A DNA stretch of 64,000 nucleotides, taken from NCBI GenBank assembly GCA_017416425.1, contig JAFQCL010000001.1:14291-78290 (forward strand). Direction: 5' to 3'. This stretch comes from Clostridia bacterium (GTDB lineage Bacteria; Bacillota; Clostridia; Christensenellales; CAG-138). Shown here in pieces: positions 9,001-19,294 of this stretch. The notes beneath the pieces were generated by a model that saw only the letters and a program-made list of their open reading frames with translations, ran no database searches and was not told where the DNA came from. Each line of letters opens with the position of its first letter. Position 1 is the stretch's first letter. The position numbers and the translations under genes are program-made.

Positions 9001-9833
9001 GATACTTGTTTCCTTTCAGACTTAAGTTTCTTTTTTATATCCGCGCGCTGACGAATAGAAGGCAGCACGTTGATACCCAGCATGATTATGAATACGATTA
9101 TGTACACGATTGTGGAGAGCGCGTTTACTTCGGGACTTATACCACGCTTTGTCATCATCGTGTATATCTCTATGGGCAGCGTTTTTACGCCATTGCCCGT
9201 GGTGAAAAAGCTTATTATGAAATCGTCCATAGAAAGCGTGAAAGCCATTAGAAATCCTGATATTATGCCGGGAAGTATGTCCGGTATGAATATGCGCACT
9301 ATGGCCATTTTGGGAGTTGCTCCAAGATCGAGCGCCGCCTCATACTTGCTATGGTCAAATTGGCGTATCTTTGGCATTACAGATAGAATCACATAGGGGA
9401 TACAGAATGTGATGTGGCCGATAAGGAGCGTGAGAAAGCCCCTATCGATGCCAATTATTGCAAAAAGCAGCATGAGCGATATACCCATAACTATCTCCGC
9501 GTTCAGCATCGGGATGTAAGATACATTTAGGATAATCCCGGAAATACGCTTTTTCATTCCGGAAAGACCTATGGCCGCTATGGTACCTATTATGGTCGAT
9601 ATTACAGCTGCCGCAAGGGCAAGTAAAAGCGTCGTCCCAAGGGAGGAAAGTATCTTATCGTTGCTGATAAGCTCCCTATACCAGTCAAGCGTAAACCCTT
9701 CCCAAGTCCAGGCGCCCATAGCTCTTGAGCTGTTGAAAGAGTTTATCATCATAATGATTATGGGAAGCTGCAAAAAGGCGACTATGAGCCCAAGGTAGAG
9801 CTTTGAATACCATTTGGTTCTGTGCGTCCTCAT
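8997..9833 (-). CDS. potC: Spermidine/putrescine ABC transporter permease
   Basis: 278 aa, six TM segments. EAA-loop-like EAALDLGATPKMAIVRIFIP. 4-nt overlaps with both neighbours. Confidence 0.9.
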   Translation of the reverse strand: MRTHRTKWYSKLYLGLIVAFLQLPIIIMMINSFNSSRAMGAWTWEGFTLDWYRELISNDKILSSLGTTLLLALAAAVISTIIGTIAAIGLSGMKKRISGIILNVSYIPMLNAEIVMGISLMLLFAIIGIDRGFLTLLIGHITFCIPYVILSVMPKIRQFDHSKYEAALDLGATPKMAIVRIFIPDILPGIISGFLMAFTLSMDDFIISFFTTGNGVKTLPIEIYTMMTKRGISPEVNALSTIVYIIVFIIMLGINVLPSIRQRADIKKKLKSERKQVS

Positions 9834-10714
9834 AGTGTCAGACCCCTTCCGTTCACTTCGGCTCTGTCCGTCTTATTTATGGCAAACATGAAAGCCAGTA
9901 CTATAGCCATTACGATAAGACTGACTGTTGAACCAAAGTTCCAGTCGCCCGCCATACCAAACTGACTTTCAATGATATTGCCTATAAGGGGAACCTTATT
10001 TCCGCCAAGGCGCTGGGAGATCACAAACGTGGTGACGCTCGGCACGAACACCATGGCAACTCCGGAGATTATGCCGGGTACGGAATAGGGAAGCGTTATC
10101 TTGAAAAAGCGCCTGACGGGCGAAGCTCCAAGATCGGCGGCGGCTTCAAGCAGCGAGTTATCAAGCTTTAAAAGTACATTCTGTATAGGCATTATCATAA
10201 ACGGCAAAAAGTTATAGATGGTACCGAGTACGACAACACCCTCTGTGTACATGAACTGCTGCTTTTCAAAGCCAAGCGATACAAGCAGCGAATTTATAAT
10301 GCCGTTTCCCTCAAGAAGGGACGCCCAGGAATATATGCGGAGCATAAAATTTATCCACATGGGCATAAGGATGAGCATCATCACTATATTAGTCCATTTT
10401 GCGGTGCTTCTTGCAAGTATGTAAGCTACCGGATAGCCCAGAGCTATACATACAACGGTGGTTATGGTCGCTATCTTAGCGCTTCTAAGCAGCGGGTTTA
10501 GATATATGGGATCGGCAAAGCGCTTGAAGTTTTCAAAGGATACGCTCATGCTGCCATCCGGATTTTCGACCGTTATTCCATACCAGCCTATAAGCAAAAG
10601 GGGCACCAAAACAAAGCATACAAGCCATATTATAAGGGGCAATGTCATTACGCTGCCGCTTTTTTTACCCACTTTGATGCGGGTATCGTCAGCGGGTTTA
10701 CGCTTTAGCTCCAT
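9830..10714 (-). CDS. potB: Spermidine/putrescine ABC transporter permease
   Basis: 294 aa. EAA loop EAAADLGASPVRRFFKITLP. Overlaps the potA stop. Confidence 0.9.
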   Translation of the reverse strand: MELKRKPADDTRIKVGKKSGSVMTLPLIIWLVCFVLVPLLLIGWYGITVENPDGSMSVSFENFKRFADPIYLNPLLRSAKIATITTVVCIALGYPVAYILARSTAKWTNIVMMLILMPMWINFMLRIYSWASLLEGNGIINSLLVSLGFEKQQFMYTEGVVVLGTIYNFLPFMIMPIQNVLLKLDNSLLEAAADLGASPVRRFFKITLPYSVPGIISGVAMVFVPSVTTFVISQRLGGNKVPLIGNIIESQFGMAGDWNFGSTVSLIVMAIVLAFMFAINKTDRAEVNGRGLTL

Positions 10715-11841
10715 CAGTCATCACCTCCTGCGTTTTCACGATAAAGGTTTTGAAGCTGCGCGCGCTTCGCGCCTATTATGGTGTCTGAGGACGTGCTTAT
10801 CTCCATGACCTGTATGTTCTCGGGAAGTACATCTATAGAGACCTTGGTGCCGGGTTCAAAATACCTTGTAGAATGGGAGAGTATAAGCTCATCGCCGCAT
10901 ACCACGCGCATCTCGTAATGAACGCCTTTAAACAGGCTTGAGGCTATCTCACCAACGGGTCTGCCTTCTCTCGGCTCGGTAAGCTCTATGTCCTCGGGGC
11001 GGAGCACTATATCAACCTCACGGCCATTGCCAAAGCCCGCATCTATACAGGGGAACTCACAGCCAAGGAACCTTACCAGATAGTCCTTTATCATTACAGC
11101 TCTCATTATGTTGCTTTCGCCTATAAAGTCGGCTACAAAAGCGTTTGTGGGCTCATTATAGATGGCCTCGGGGGTGCCTATCTGCTGTATCACGCCCTCA
11201 TTCATTACGGCGATCGTGTCGGACATGGTGAGCGCTTCTTCCTGATCGTGCGTGACATATAGGAAGGTGATGCCGCTTTCCACCTGTATGCGCTTCAGCT
11301 CATATTGCATCTCCTTGCGGAGCTTAAGATCCAAAGCGCCAAGAGGTTCATCGAGCAAAAGCACATCGGGCTTATTTATAAGCGCTCTTGCCACGGCTAC
11401 ACGCTGCTGCTGCCCGCCTGAAAGCGTGTCTATTGTGCGTTTTCCATAGCCCACCAGATTTACAAGTTCAAGCATCTGCTGAACCTGTTTTGATATATCT
11501 GATTTATCCCATTTTTTTATGGTGGGTCCAAAGGCTATATTCTGCTCGACCGTCATATTGGGGAAGAGGGCATAGCGCTGAAATACTGTATTTATGTTGC
11601 GCTTATATGAGGGAACATCGTTTATTCGTTTCCCAAGATAAAATACATCGCCGCGCGTAGGGGTCTCAAAACCGCCGACTATACGAAGGGTGGTGGTCTT
11701 TCCACAGCCCGAGGGGCCAAGCAGCGTGAGGAATTCGTTCCTGTTAATATAAAGGTTGATGTTGTTAAGCACGGGTCTGTCCGCATGAGCATCGTTAAAC
11801 TGCTTGAATATGTTAACGAGCTCTATTATATGTTCACCCAT
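10714..11841 (-). CDS. potA: Spermidine/putrescine ABC transporter ATPase
   Basis: Walker A GPSGCGKTT, signature LSGGQQQRVAVARAL, Walker B LLLDEP, and a C-terminal TOBE-like domain. ATG at 11841 follows GGAGGG; the tracked ORF begins 21 nt upstream. Confidence 0.9.
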   Translation of the reverse strand: MGEHIIELVNIFKQFNDAHADRPVLNNINLYINRNEFLTLLGPSGCGKTTTLRIVGGFETPTRGDVFYLGKRINDVPSYKRNINTVFQRYALFPNMTVEQNIAFGPTIKKWDKSDISKQVQQMLELVNLVGYGKRTIDTLSGGQQQRVAVARALINKPDVLLLDEPLGALDLKLRKEMQYELKRIQVESGITFLYVTHDQEEALTMSDTIAVMNEGVIQQIGTPEAIYNEPTNAFVADFIGESNIMRAVMIKDYLVRFLGCEFPCIDAGFGNGREVDIVLRPEDIELTEPREGRPVGEIASSLFKGVHYEMRVVCGDELILSHSTRYFEPGTKVSIDVLPENIQVMEISTSSDTIIGAKRAQLQNLYRENAGGDD

Positions 11842-11902
11842 AATTCCCTCCATGCATGGCAATAATTATGTTATAAGCCGGTCTCAGCTAAAGCTTCGGC
11901 CT

Positions 11903-12445
11903 TTAAAATGATGGTGGTGTAGATACCCAAAGCACTGTGGCAGTGCTTTTTCCGCTGTTCACTATGAAGTGCTCCTTGTCGGCGCGAAAATAAAACGCAT
12001 CGCCCTTTTTCATACGCCATTTTCTAAGGCCCAGATGAAGGCTGATACTGCCGCTCAGCACATAGCCGAACTCCTCGGCATTGTGCGGCTGCTCACAGTC
12101 GGTAGCGGCGCCGGCGGGAAGCTCTAAAAGTATGGGCTCCATATCGTGCGCCTGCGCTGTTGCGACAAGCCAGGTTATGCTGCCTCCGTTTTGAAGCTTT
12201 TTATCGAACATGTCGTCGTGTTTAAATACAGGGGACTGCTCCTCCCCGGCAGCAAAAAATTCGGAAAAGCTTATGCCAAGCGCGTCAAGTATATCGCCAA
12301 GCGTTTCAAGGCTGGGCGCTGCCTGATCTGACTCAAGCTGCGAAATAAAGCCTTTGGACAGGTCGCACCTGTCCGCGAGCTCCTTCTGTGTGAGTCCATG
12401 CAGCATGCGCAGAGCACGTATTTTTTCGCCAACGGCAATGTTCAT
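11903..12445 (-). CDS. XRE-family HTH plus cupin-domain transcriptional regulator (PuuR-like)
   Basis: HTH segment GEKIRALRMLHGLTQKELADRCDLSKGFISQLE. C-terminal cupin (EEFGYVLSGSISLHLG...GDAFYF). Start at ATG 12445 with an AGAGG RBS. Sits immediately upstream of potA. Confidence 0.85.
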   Translation of the reverse strand: MNIAVGEKIRALRMLHGLTQKELADRCDLSKGFISQLESDQAAPSLETLGDILDALGISFSEFFAAGEEQSPVFKHDDMFDKKLQNGGSITWLVATAQAHDMEPILLELPAGAATDCEQPHNAEEFGYVLSGSISLHLGLRKWRMKKGDAFYFRADKEHFIVNSGKSTATVLWVSTPPSF

Positions 12446-12817
12446 CGATATACCTCTTTCCCTCCCGGCTCTCAGGCTTTGTACCATCAAACTTTTGGGT
12501 TGATTTTGCTGATTTGGATTGTACCAGATGATGCGCTATACGTCAATAGCATTGCTCGTGTATTTTATCATCTTTTTAATATATTTTTACAATTACGCCC
12601 CTTAACCTGCTTTTTATGCTACCTTGATTTCACTATCCTTCCTGATTTTTTTATTATCAGCCCGTTTATGTTACGAAAGCGCCCAAAGGAGCGCTATTCA
12701 TTATAATGTGCTCGGCGTTTAGCAGTGCTAAATTTAAAAAGCAGCTTTTACGAATTTGAACTTTTATATGTCATATCCAACTTGTCGAAGAAAAAATAAA
12801 AATATCATATTTTAGTG

Positions 12818-12846
12818 TTGACAGTGCGAGGTCTAAGGTTTATCAT
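12818..12846 (+). promoter_or_regulatory. Putative sigma-A promoter for the polysaccharide deacetylase gene
   Basis: TTGACA (12818-12823), 17-nt spacer, TATCAT (12841-12846). Confidence 0.45.
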
Positions 12847-12921
12847 TAAAGGCGAAAGAAAGGGGGTTCCGTCGAAGCATGGCGGAGCTTGTTATATACT
12901 TGTTATATAAAAGGTGGCAAA

Positions 12922-13815
12922 ATGTACAAAAGATTTTTAATGTTTATTTCGCTTGTATTTGCTGTTTGTTTCATTGCCGGTTGTACGCCGGCAGCGATCA
13001 TTTCACCCGGAAATGCCCAAGCAACACCAATTTTTATAGAGGTGCCAACATCTTTGCCTACAAAAGAACCTGATACACCTGCTCCCACTGTCCATGCTAC
13101 GCCTGTTTTAATATCCCCTGTTCCCACAGAGGTTATATCGTTTTCGCCTACCCCTGAGATAATGGTCACGCCCGAATTGACAGCTACGCCCGGAAGCGAT
13201 ACGGATCAAAATACAAAAAAGCGGATAGCGCTTACGTTTGACGATGGTCCTGCAAGGGGCTCTACCGATCGCATATTGGACACGCTTGAGCTTTATGGTC
13301 AGAAGGCTACATTTTTTGTGATAGGCGAGAGGGTCGATATGTATCCTGAGCAGGTTATGCGCGCGTATTCGCTCGGCTGTGAGATTGGAAACCATACTTA
13401 TACGCATCCCCTTTTGCCAAATCTTACCGATGATGAGATAATGGAAGAAATAAATTCCACATTTGATTCGCTGTTAAGGCTTGGCATTGAGAGCAATCTA
13501 TACCGTCCTCCGGGAGGGCGTATGGATGAGGATAATAGGATACTGCGGCTCATAGGCCGTCCATGTATACTTTGGTCTGTGGACACAAGGGACTGGGAAT
13601 CTCGTGATAAGGATGCTGTAATAGAAGCGGTTCTAAGCAATGTAAGGGATGGCGATATAGTGCTTATGCACGACCTTTATGCTTCGACTGCGGATGCCGT
13701 TGAGTATCTCATCCCCGAGCTTTTAAACCGAGGCTTTGAGCTTGTAACCATATCCGAGCTTTACGGCACAAAGGGTATCGATCTGGACACTTCAATTTAC
13801 AGGCACGCAAGATAA
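12922..13815 (+). CDS. Polysaccharide deacetylase (NodB homology, CE4) lipoprotein
   Basis: Signal peptide with lipobox IAGC, then a Pro/Thr-rich linker. NodB motifs LTFDDGP, HTYTHP, LYRPPGG and VLMHD. ATG 12922 after AAGGTGG. Confidence 0.85.
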   Translation: MYKRFLMFISLVFAVCFIAGCTPAAIISPGNAQATPIFIEVPTSLPTKEPDTPAPTVHATPVLISPVPTEVISFSPTPEIMVTPELTATPGSDTDQNTKKRIALTFDDGPARGSTDRILDTLELYGQKATFFVIGERVDMYPEQVMRAYSLGCEIGNHTYTHPLLPNLTDDEIMEEINSTFDSLLRLGIESNLYRPPGGRMDEDNRILRLIGRPCILWSVDTRDWESRDKDAVIEAVLSNVRDGDIVLMHDLYASTADAVEYLIPELLNRGFELVTISELYGTKGIDLDTSIYRHAR

Positions 13816-13839
13816 ACTGTAATGAGCATAGTGACAGCG

Positions 13840-13870
13840 GCGCTGAACTTAAACATTCGGCGCTTTTTTC
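13840..13870 (+). terminator. Rho-independent terminator
   Basis: gcgctgaa (13840-13847) pairs with ttcggcgc (13856-13863) with one G-U pair, followed by T6. Confidence 0.6.
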
Positions 13871-13979
13871 TTTGGGTGGTTGTATGAGGAAGAATTATAA
13901 GCTATAATTATAATAAGAAATAACTACATGTATATTCAACACTTCTAAAAGCTGTTTGAATTTAGGAAGGAAGGTTTAA

Positions 13980-15506
13980 TTGAGAGCTCTTATAAAAACT
14001 GTACTGCCTGAAAAGCTCGCGGAGGCGCTGAAATCAGTTGTGCCGGTCACAGCCGTTATATTTGTGCTATGCTTTTTGATAGCGCCTGTTCCAAATAGCG
14101 TAATGCTGGCTTTTATAGTAGGCGCTGCGCTTTTGATACTGGGCATGGGGCTTTTCTCGCTTGGCGCGGACATAGCCATGTCAAAGATAGGCGAGCATGT
14201 GGGCTCCACCGTTTCACGCTCGAGAAGGCTATGGTTTGTTATAGCGATAAGTCTTCTTGTGGGCATTTTGATAACCGTATCCGAGCCTGATCTTCGCGTG
14301 CTTGCTCAGCAGGTGCCAAATATACCAAATGCCGTAATAATATGGTCGGTGGCGGTTGGCGTGGGTATATTTTTGGTGCTGGCCATGCTTAGGATATTTT
14401 TTAAAATACCGCTCCGATTTCTGCTGCTCGGTCTTTATGTGCTTGTATTTATATTTGCGGCGTTTGTACCATCAGAGTTTTTATCAACGGCCTTTGATTC
14501 GGGCGGAGTGACCACGGGACCTATGACGGTGCCATTCATAATGGCGCTTGGCGTTGGCGTATCCTCGGTGCGAAGCGACAGCGAGGCGGGAGATGACAGC
14601 TTTGGTCTTGTTGCGCTGTGCTCGGTAGGTCCTATAATCGCCGTAATGGTGCTGGGGCTTATATTTAACGCGAGCGGCGGCGAATACACCCCCCATGCCG
14701 TGCCCGAGGCTTCGGATTCCGTGGAACTTTGGCATCTATTTTTAAACGCTTTTCCCACATATCTAAAGGAGGTTGCGGAGGCGCTGCTTCCCATAGTCGC
14801 GTTTTTCGGACTGTTTCAAATACCAAAGTCAAGGCTTGGAAAGCATGAGCTTATAAGGATATGCATCGGTCTTATCTATACATATCTGGGTCTTGTGCTC
14901 TTCCTTACCGGCGCTAATGTCGGCTTCATGCCTATAGGTAACTTCCTTGGCGATGTTATAGGCGGACTTGACTATAAATGGATAGTTATCCCGATAGGCA
15001 TGCTTTTGGGCTACTTCATAGTCGCCGCGGAGCCTGCGGTACATGTTTTAAACAAGCAGGTAGCCGAGATGACCGAGGGCGCCATACCGTCCAAGGCAAT
15101 GAGCCTTAGCCTCTCAATAGGCGTAGCGATATCGGTGGGGCTTGCCATGCTTCGCGTTCTGTGCGGCATACCGATCATGTATATGCTCATTCCCGGCTAT
15201 GCTCTGGCGTTTATTTTGAGCTTCTTTGTTCCCTCCGTGTTTACCGCTATAGCTTTTGACTCTGGCGGGGTGGCTTCGGGCCCTATGACCGCCACATTCC
15301 TTTTGCCGCTTGCTATGGGGCTTTGTACCTCCATTGGCGGAAACGTGTCTTCGGATGCATTTGGAGTGGTGGCAATGGTCGCAATGACGCCTCTTATCAC
15401 CATACAGATATTGGGTCTTTACTATAGACTTAAAACGGCACAGGCTAAAAAGAGCATGCCTTCTGTTGAGATCGAGGAAATCATTTACTTTGGAGGTGCT
15501 GAATAA
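13980..15506 (+). CDS. DUF1538-family polytopic membrane protein (internally duplicated)
   Basis: 508 aa, at least 10 TM segments. Two homologous halves, each carrying AFDSGGV(T/A)(T/S)GPMT. TTG start after GGAAGGAAGG. Confidence 0.8.
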   Translation: MRALIKTVLPEKLAEALKSVVPVTAVIFVLCFLIAPVPNSVMLAFIVGAALLILGMGLFSLGADIAMSKIGEHVGSTVSRSRRLWFVIAISLLVGILITVSEPDLRVLAQQVPNIPNAVIIWSVAVGVGIFLVLAMLRIFFKIPLRFLLLGLYVLVFIFAAFVPSEFLSTAFDSGGVTTGPMTVPFIMALGVGVSSVRSDSEAGDDSFGLVALCSVGPIIAVMVLGLIFNASGGEYTPHAVPEASDSVELWHLFLNAFPTYLKEVAEALLPIVAFFGLFQIPKSRLGKHELIRICIGLIYTYLGLVLFLTGANVGFMPIGNFLGDVIGGLDYKWIVIPIGMLLGYFIVAAEPAVHVLNKQVAEMTEGAIPSKAMSLSLSIGVAISVGLAMLRVLCGIPIMYMLIPGYALAFILSFFVPSVFTAIAFDSGGVASGPMTATFLLPLAMGLCTSIGGNVSSDAFGVVAMVAMTPLITIQILGLYYRLKTAQAKKSMPSVEIEEIIYFGGAE

Positions 15507-16198
15507 TGGATGGCTACAGCTTTATAATAGCCGTTATAAGGCGCGAGGAAGACGAACTTTATACAAAATTTTTCAAGAAAAACGGTGCATCCATAGTGTT
15601 CAGCACGCTTTGTGAGGGCGCTGCACGCGAAAAGACGCTCGATATGCTGGGGCTTGAGCGCAAGGAGAAGCTTTTGCTTTGCTGCCTTGTTCCGACGAGT
15701 AAGAGAAGCTTCATATTAAAGCACCTGAGAACCGAACTTAGGATAGACGCTCCAAACAGCGGCATAGCGCTGTTTATGGATCTTGAGAGCATAGGCGGCA
15801 TATCGGCGCTGCGCTTCCTTTGCAACAATGAAATAAAGGGAAAGGATGAAATTATTAAGATGAGCGACAATAAATATTCTCTTATAGTAGCCATTGCCGA
15901 GAAGGGACACACCGGTGATATCATGGATGCCGCGAGAAAGGGCGGCGCAAGAGGCGGCACGATAATAAGGGCTAAGGGCACCCAGACTGCAGGTACAAAA
16001 AAATTCTTTGGCGTGTCGCTTGCGGATGAAAAGGAGCTTATATATATCGTTACGGCTACTTCTCAGCGTGACGCCATAATGAGCTCCATAATGAAGGATG
16101 CAGGTATCAATTCCCCGGCGCATACGGTGACCTTCTCGCTGCCTGTTTCGGCGGTCGCGGGTATCACCATAGCGGATGATGAGGACGAGGCTGAATGA
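15506..16198 (+). CDS. Tandem P-II-like (GlnB-fold) signalling protein
   Basis: 230 aa. Start overlaps the upstream stop (TAATG). Two roughly 100-aa halves (SFIIAVIRRE... and YSLIVAIAEKGHTGDIMDAARKGGARGGTIIRAKGT...) resemble P-II family proteins, which commonly neighbour DUF1538 genes. Confidence 0.6.
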   Translation: MDGYSFIIAVIRREEDELYTKFFKKNGASIVFSTLCEGAAREKTLDMLGLERKEKLLLCCLVPTSKRSFILKHLRTELRIDAPNSGIALFMDLESIGGISALRFLCNNEIKGKDEIIKMSDNKYSLIVAIAEKGHTGDIMDAARKGGARGGTIIRAKGTQTAGTKKFFGVSLADEKELIYIVTATSQRDAIMSSIMKDAGINSPAHTVTFSLPVSAVAGITIADDEDEAE

Positions 16199-16262
16199 AA
16201 TTGATATGGGGCTTTTGGCTTATGTTTCAAAAAAAGCCCCTCCCTGTTTTTTATAAATGCTA

Positions 16263-16291
16263 TTGACTAAAGTTAAAAAACTGCATATAAT
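16263..16291 (+). promoter_or_regulatory. Sigma-A promoter of the metG leader
   Basis: TTGACT (16263-16268), 17-nt spacer, consensus TATAAT (16286-16291). Confidence 0.65.
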
Positions 16292-16299
16292 AACCCTAA

Positions 16300-16541
16300 G
16301 TCTATATTTTACTGTGAAAAAGTGAGTATGCAGAGCGCAGCGCTTAAAAGAGAGCCGGATCAGGTGAAAGCCGGCAGCGTGTGCCATGCGGAATATGGCT
16401 TTGGAGTGACCCCGGGCGAACGCGTTGCCTTAGGTCGGGGCGTGTGCGCACGTTATAGCGCAGACTTATGAGAAAAAGGCATGTCCTTTTTGAAGTAGGG
16501 TGGTACCGCGTTTATAAACGCCCCTATGCGGGCGTTTTTTT
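16300..16541 (+). promoter_or_regulatory. T-box riboswitch leader (probable Met specifier) with terminator
   Basis: AGAGA box (aaaagagag, ~16346-16354) and distal GGTGAAAG. Conserved T-box sequence gtagggtggtaccgcg (16495-16510). Terminator aacgccc/gggcgtt plus T7 (16517-16541). Candidate AUG specifier at 16386-16388. Upstream of metG. Confidence 0.85.
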
Positions 16542-16582
16542 GTTATAACGCTGAACCTGTCAGAAAATTATGGAGGAGCAAC

Positions 16583-18556
16583 ATGGAAGAAAAAAAGAAA
16601 TTTTATATCACAACGCCGCTTTATTATACCAGCGGAAAACTGCATATCGGACATTCGTATACCACGGTAACTGCGGATGCCATAGCCCGCTATAAGCGCA
16701 TGAAGGGGTATGATGTATACTTCCTCACCGGATCCGATGAACATGGACAGAAGGTCGAGCGCAAGGCGGCTGAGAGAGGAATAACGCCAAAGCAGTTTGC
16801 CGATGAAAAGGTGGATGAATTTAAGGCGCTTTGGAAGCTTTTAAATATATCCTATGATGGCTTTGTAAGAACTACGGATGATTATCATGTTGAGGCGGTA
16901 AAGAAGATATTTAGGCGCCTCTACGATCAGGGCGACATATATAAGGCCAAGTACGCAGGTCATTATTGCGTGCCCTGCGAGACTTTTTTTACAAAGCATC
17001 AGCTCATAAACGGCGACTGCTGCCCCGATTGCGGCAGAAAGACCGAGCTTGTGGAGGAGGAGAGCTACTTCTTTAAAGCCAGCAAGTACGCGCCAAGGCT
17101 CATCGAGCATATAAGGAATAACCCCGAGTTCATACAGCCGGCTTCAAGAGCCAATGAGATGCTGAACAACTTCCTTCTGCCCGGTCTTGAGGATATATGC
17201 GTATCACGTACATCGTTTAAATGGGGCATACCCGTGGATTTTGATGAGAAGCATGTGATATATGTGTGGATAGACGCGCTTTCAAACTACATCACAAAGC
17301 TTGGCTACCTTTCGGAGGATGAAAGTTTGTTTAACAGGTATTGGCCTGCCGATATACATATAGTCGGCAAGGAGATAGTGAGATTCCACACCATAACATG
17401 GCCTATCATGCTCATGGCGCTGGGGCTTCCGCTTCCAAAGCAGGTATTTGGCCATGGCTGGCTCGTGCTTGAGGGCGGCAAAATGTCAAAATCAAAGGGC
17501 AATGTGGTTGATCCCGTAAGGCTCATTGAACGCTACGGCGTGGATGCCATACGCTACTTCCTTTTAAGGGAGGTTCCCTTTGGTTCGGACGGCGTATTTT
17601 CCAATGAGGCGCTTATCGGCCGCATAAATACCGACCTTGCGAACGATCTTGGCAATCTGCTTTCACGTACCGTGACCATGATAGAGAAATATTTTGACGG
17701 AAAAATTCCCGAGCATACCGTTTCGGCTTCGGAGGATGAGGGGCTTTTTGCGCTTGCGGCATCGCTTCCGGGACTTGTAGACGAATCCATGGACGCGCTT
17801 CGCATACCCGAGGCCTTGCAGCATATTTGGAAGCTCATCGGCGCGTGCAACAAGTATATCGATGTGACCGCTCCATGGGTGCTTGCAAAATCTCCGGAAG
17901 ATAGGCCAAGGCTTGGCACTGTGCTTTATAACCTTGCGGAGTGCCTTAGAATAGCGGCCACGCAGCTTACGCCATTTTTGCCCGAAACGGCAGAGTGCAT
18001 ATTTAAGCAGCTTGGCGTTTCAGATGAGAGCTTAAAGTCGCTTTACGATGTAAAATTCGGAGACCTTCCTGTGGGCGGCATGGTTTTCCGCAAGGAAGCC
18101 CTCTTCCCGAGGATAGATATGAAGAAGGAGCTTTCGGAGCTTTCTGCGCTTATGCCCAAAGAGGCGGATAAAAACGCCGAAGCGAAGGAAAAAGCTGATG
18201 AGGAATTAAAGCTTCCCGAGATACAGCCCCCGATAGATTATGAGGACTTTATGAAGCTCGATCTTAGACTTGCAAAGGTGATAGACTGCACTTTTGTCAA
18301 AAAATCAAATCATCTGCTCAATTTAACGCTTGAGGTCGGAAACGAGACAAGGACTGTTTTATCGGGAATAAAGGATTTTTATGAGCCGGCCGATCTCATA
18401 GGGAAAACGGTGGTTTTAGTCGCAAACCTAAAGCCGAGAAAAATGTGCGGCATAGAGAGCCAGGGCATGGTGCTTTGCGCCTCCACTCCGGGCGATAAGG
18501 AGCTTTCCGCGCTTACGGTGCTTTCCGAAATGCCAAGCGGTATAAAGGTGAGATAA
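16583..18556 (+). CDS. metG: Methionine--tRNA ligase
   Basis: HIGH motif (KLHIGHSYT), KMSKS motif, CPxC zinc knuckles (CVPCE, CPDCG), and a C-terminal tRNA-binding (Trbp111-like) domain. ATG 16583 chosen because the tracked start (16526) lies inside the T-box terminator. Confidence 0.95.
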   Translation: MEEKKKFYITTPLYYTSGKLHIGHSYTTVTADAIARYKRMKGYDVYFLTGSDEHGQKVERKAAERGITPKQFADEKVDEFKALWKLLNISYDGFVRTTDDYHVEAVKKIFRRLYDQGDIYKAKYAGHYCVPCETFFTKHQLINGDCCPDCGRKTELVEEESYFFKASKYAPRLIEHIRNNPEFIQPASRANEMLNNFLLPGLEDICVSRTSFKWGIPVDFDEKHVIYVWIDALSNYITKLGYLSEDESLFNRYWPADIHIVGKEIVRFHTITWPIMLMALGLPLPKQVFGHGWLVLEGGKMSKSKGNVVDPVRLIERYGVDAIRYFLLREVPFGSDGVFSNEALIGRINTDLANDLGNLLSRTVTMIEKYFDGKIPEHTVSASEDEGLFALAASLPGLVDESMDALRIPEALQHIWKLIGACNKYIDVTAPWVLAKSPEDRPRLGTVLYNLAECLRIAATQLTPFLPETAECIFKQLGVSDESLKSLYDVKFGDLPVGGMVFRKEALFPRIDMKKELSELSALMPKEADKNAEAKEKADEELKLPEIQPPIDYEDFMKLDLRLAKVIDCTFVKKSNHLLNLTLEVGNETRTVLSGIKDFYEPADLIGKTVVLVANLKPRKMCGIESQGMVLCASTPGDKELSALTVLSEMPSGIKVR

Positions 18557-18563
18557 AAAATTC

Positions 18564-18590
18564 AGGGCGAGATGATATATCTTGCCCTTT
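18564..18590 (+). terminator. Putative terminator after metG
   Basis: 10-bp stem agggcgagat/atcttgccct with one G-U pair, but only a T3 tail. Confidence 0.4.
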
Positions 18591-18758
18591 AATACGCTTA
18601 TTTTAGCTGAAAAACAAATATATATGTAAAAAATGGAGAAAGCTATTTACAAGAAGGCCGAGTAGTGGTACAATTCATAGTGAAAAGATAGGAATTGATG
18701 ACGCTATTAAAGCCTTATGACTTTCGCGTACTAATTCCAAAAGAAAGGGGTCATATAC

Positions 18759-19202
18759 ATGAAGCTTTCTACAAAGGCCAGATATGGTCTTAAAGCTATG
18801 GTCGATATCGCGATGCAGGATGAGACCGGCGATCATGTGAGTGTGGCCACGCTTGCCCGCTCGCAGGGTATAAGCGAGTCGTATCTTGAGCAGATAATTG
18901 GGAAGCTTAAAAAAGCAGGGCTTATAATGTCTGCAAGGGGCGCTCAGGGTGGCTATCGGCTTAGCTTTGAGCCGGAGGAGATAAGCGTTTACAGCATTTT
19001 AAATGCCGTGGAGGATACCAATCTTGTCGATTGCGTGAGTGTGGATGAACAGGCCGTGTGTAAAAATGCCTGCACCTGCTCGGTAAGACCTCTTTGGCTC
19101 AAGCTGCAAAGCAGGATAAACGCTGTGCTTTTGGAAACGACCCTTAAGGATATGGCTGAGGATTATAAATTCCAGATGGAGCGATCAAAGCTTGAAAGTT
19201 AA
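18759..19202 (+). CDS. Rrf2-family transcriptional regulator (IscR/CymR-like)
   Basis: N-terminal [18 protein letters not shown] winged helix. Cys cluster (DCVSV...CKNACTC) suggests Fe-S ligation. Sits upstream of nifS-nifU. Confidence 0.85.
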   Translation: MKLSTKARYGLKAMVDIAMQDETGDHVSVATLARSQGISESYLEQIIGKLKKAGLIMSARGAQGGYRLSFEPEEISVYSILNAVEDTNLVDCVSVDEQAVCKNACTCSVRPLWLKLQSRINAVLLETTLKDMAEDYKFQMERSKLES

Positions 19203-19294
19203 TTTTTAAATCGTGTTTTGCGCCCTTTAAAGCCTTACGGCGTCAATCCCACAAGAAAGGAGACTTTCGCATAGCGAAAGTTACGGTAATAACG

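Noticed and set aside
16526-16582. Tracked metG start at 16526 (MRAFFCYNAEP...).
   Set aside because: That ATG lies inside the T-box terminator hairpin. ATG 16583 follows GGAGGAG and begins the conserved MEEKKKFYITTPLYY N-terminus.
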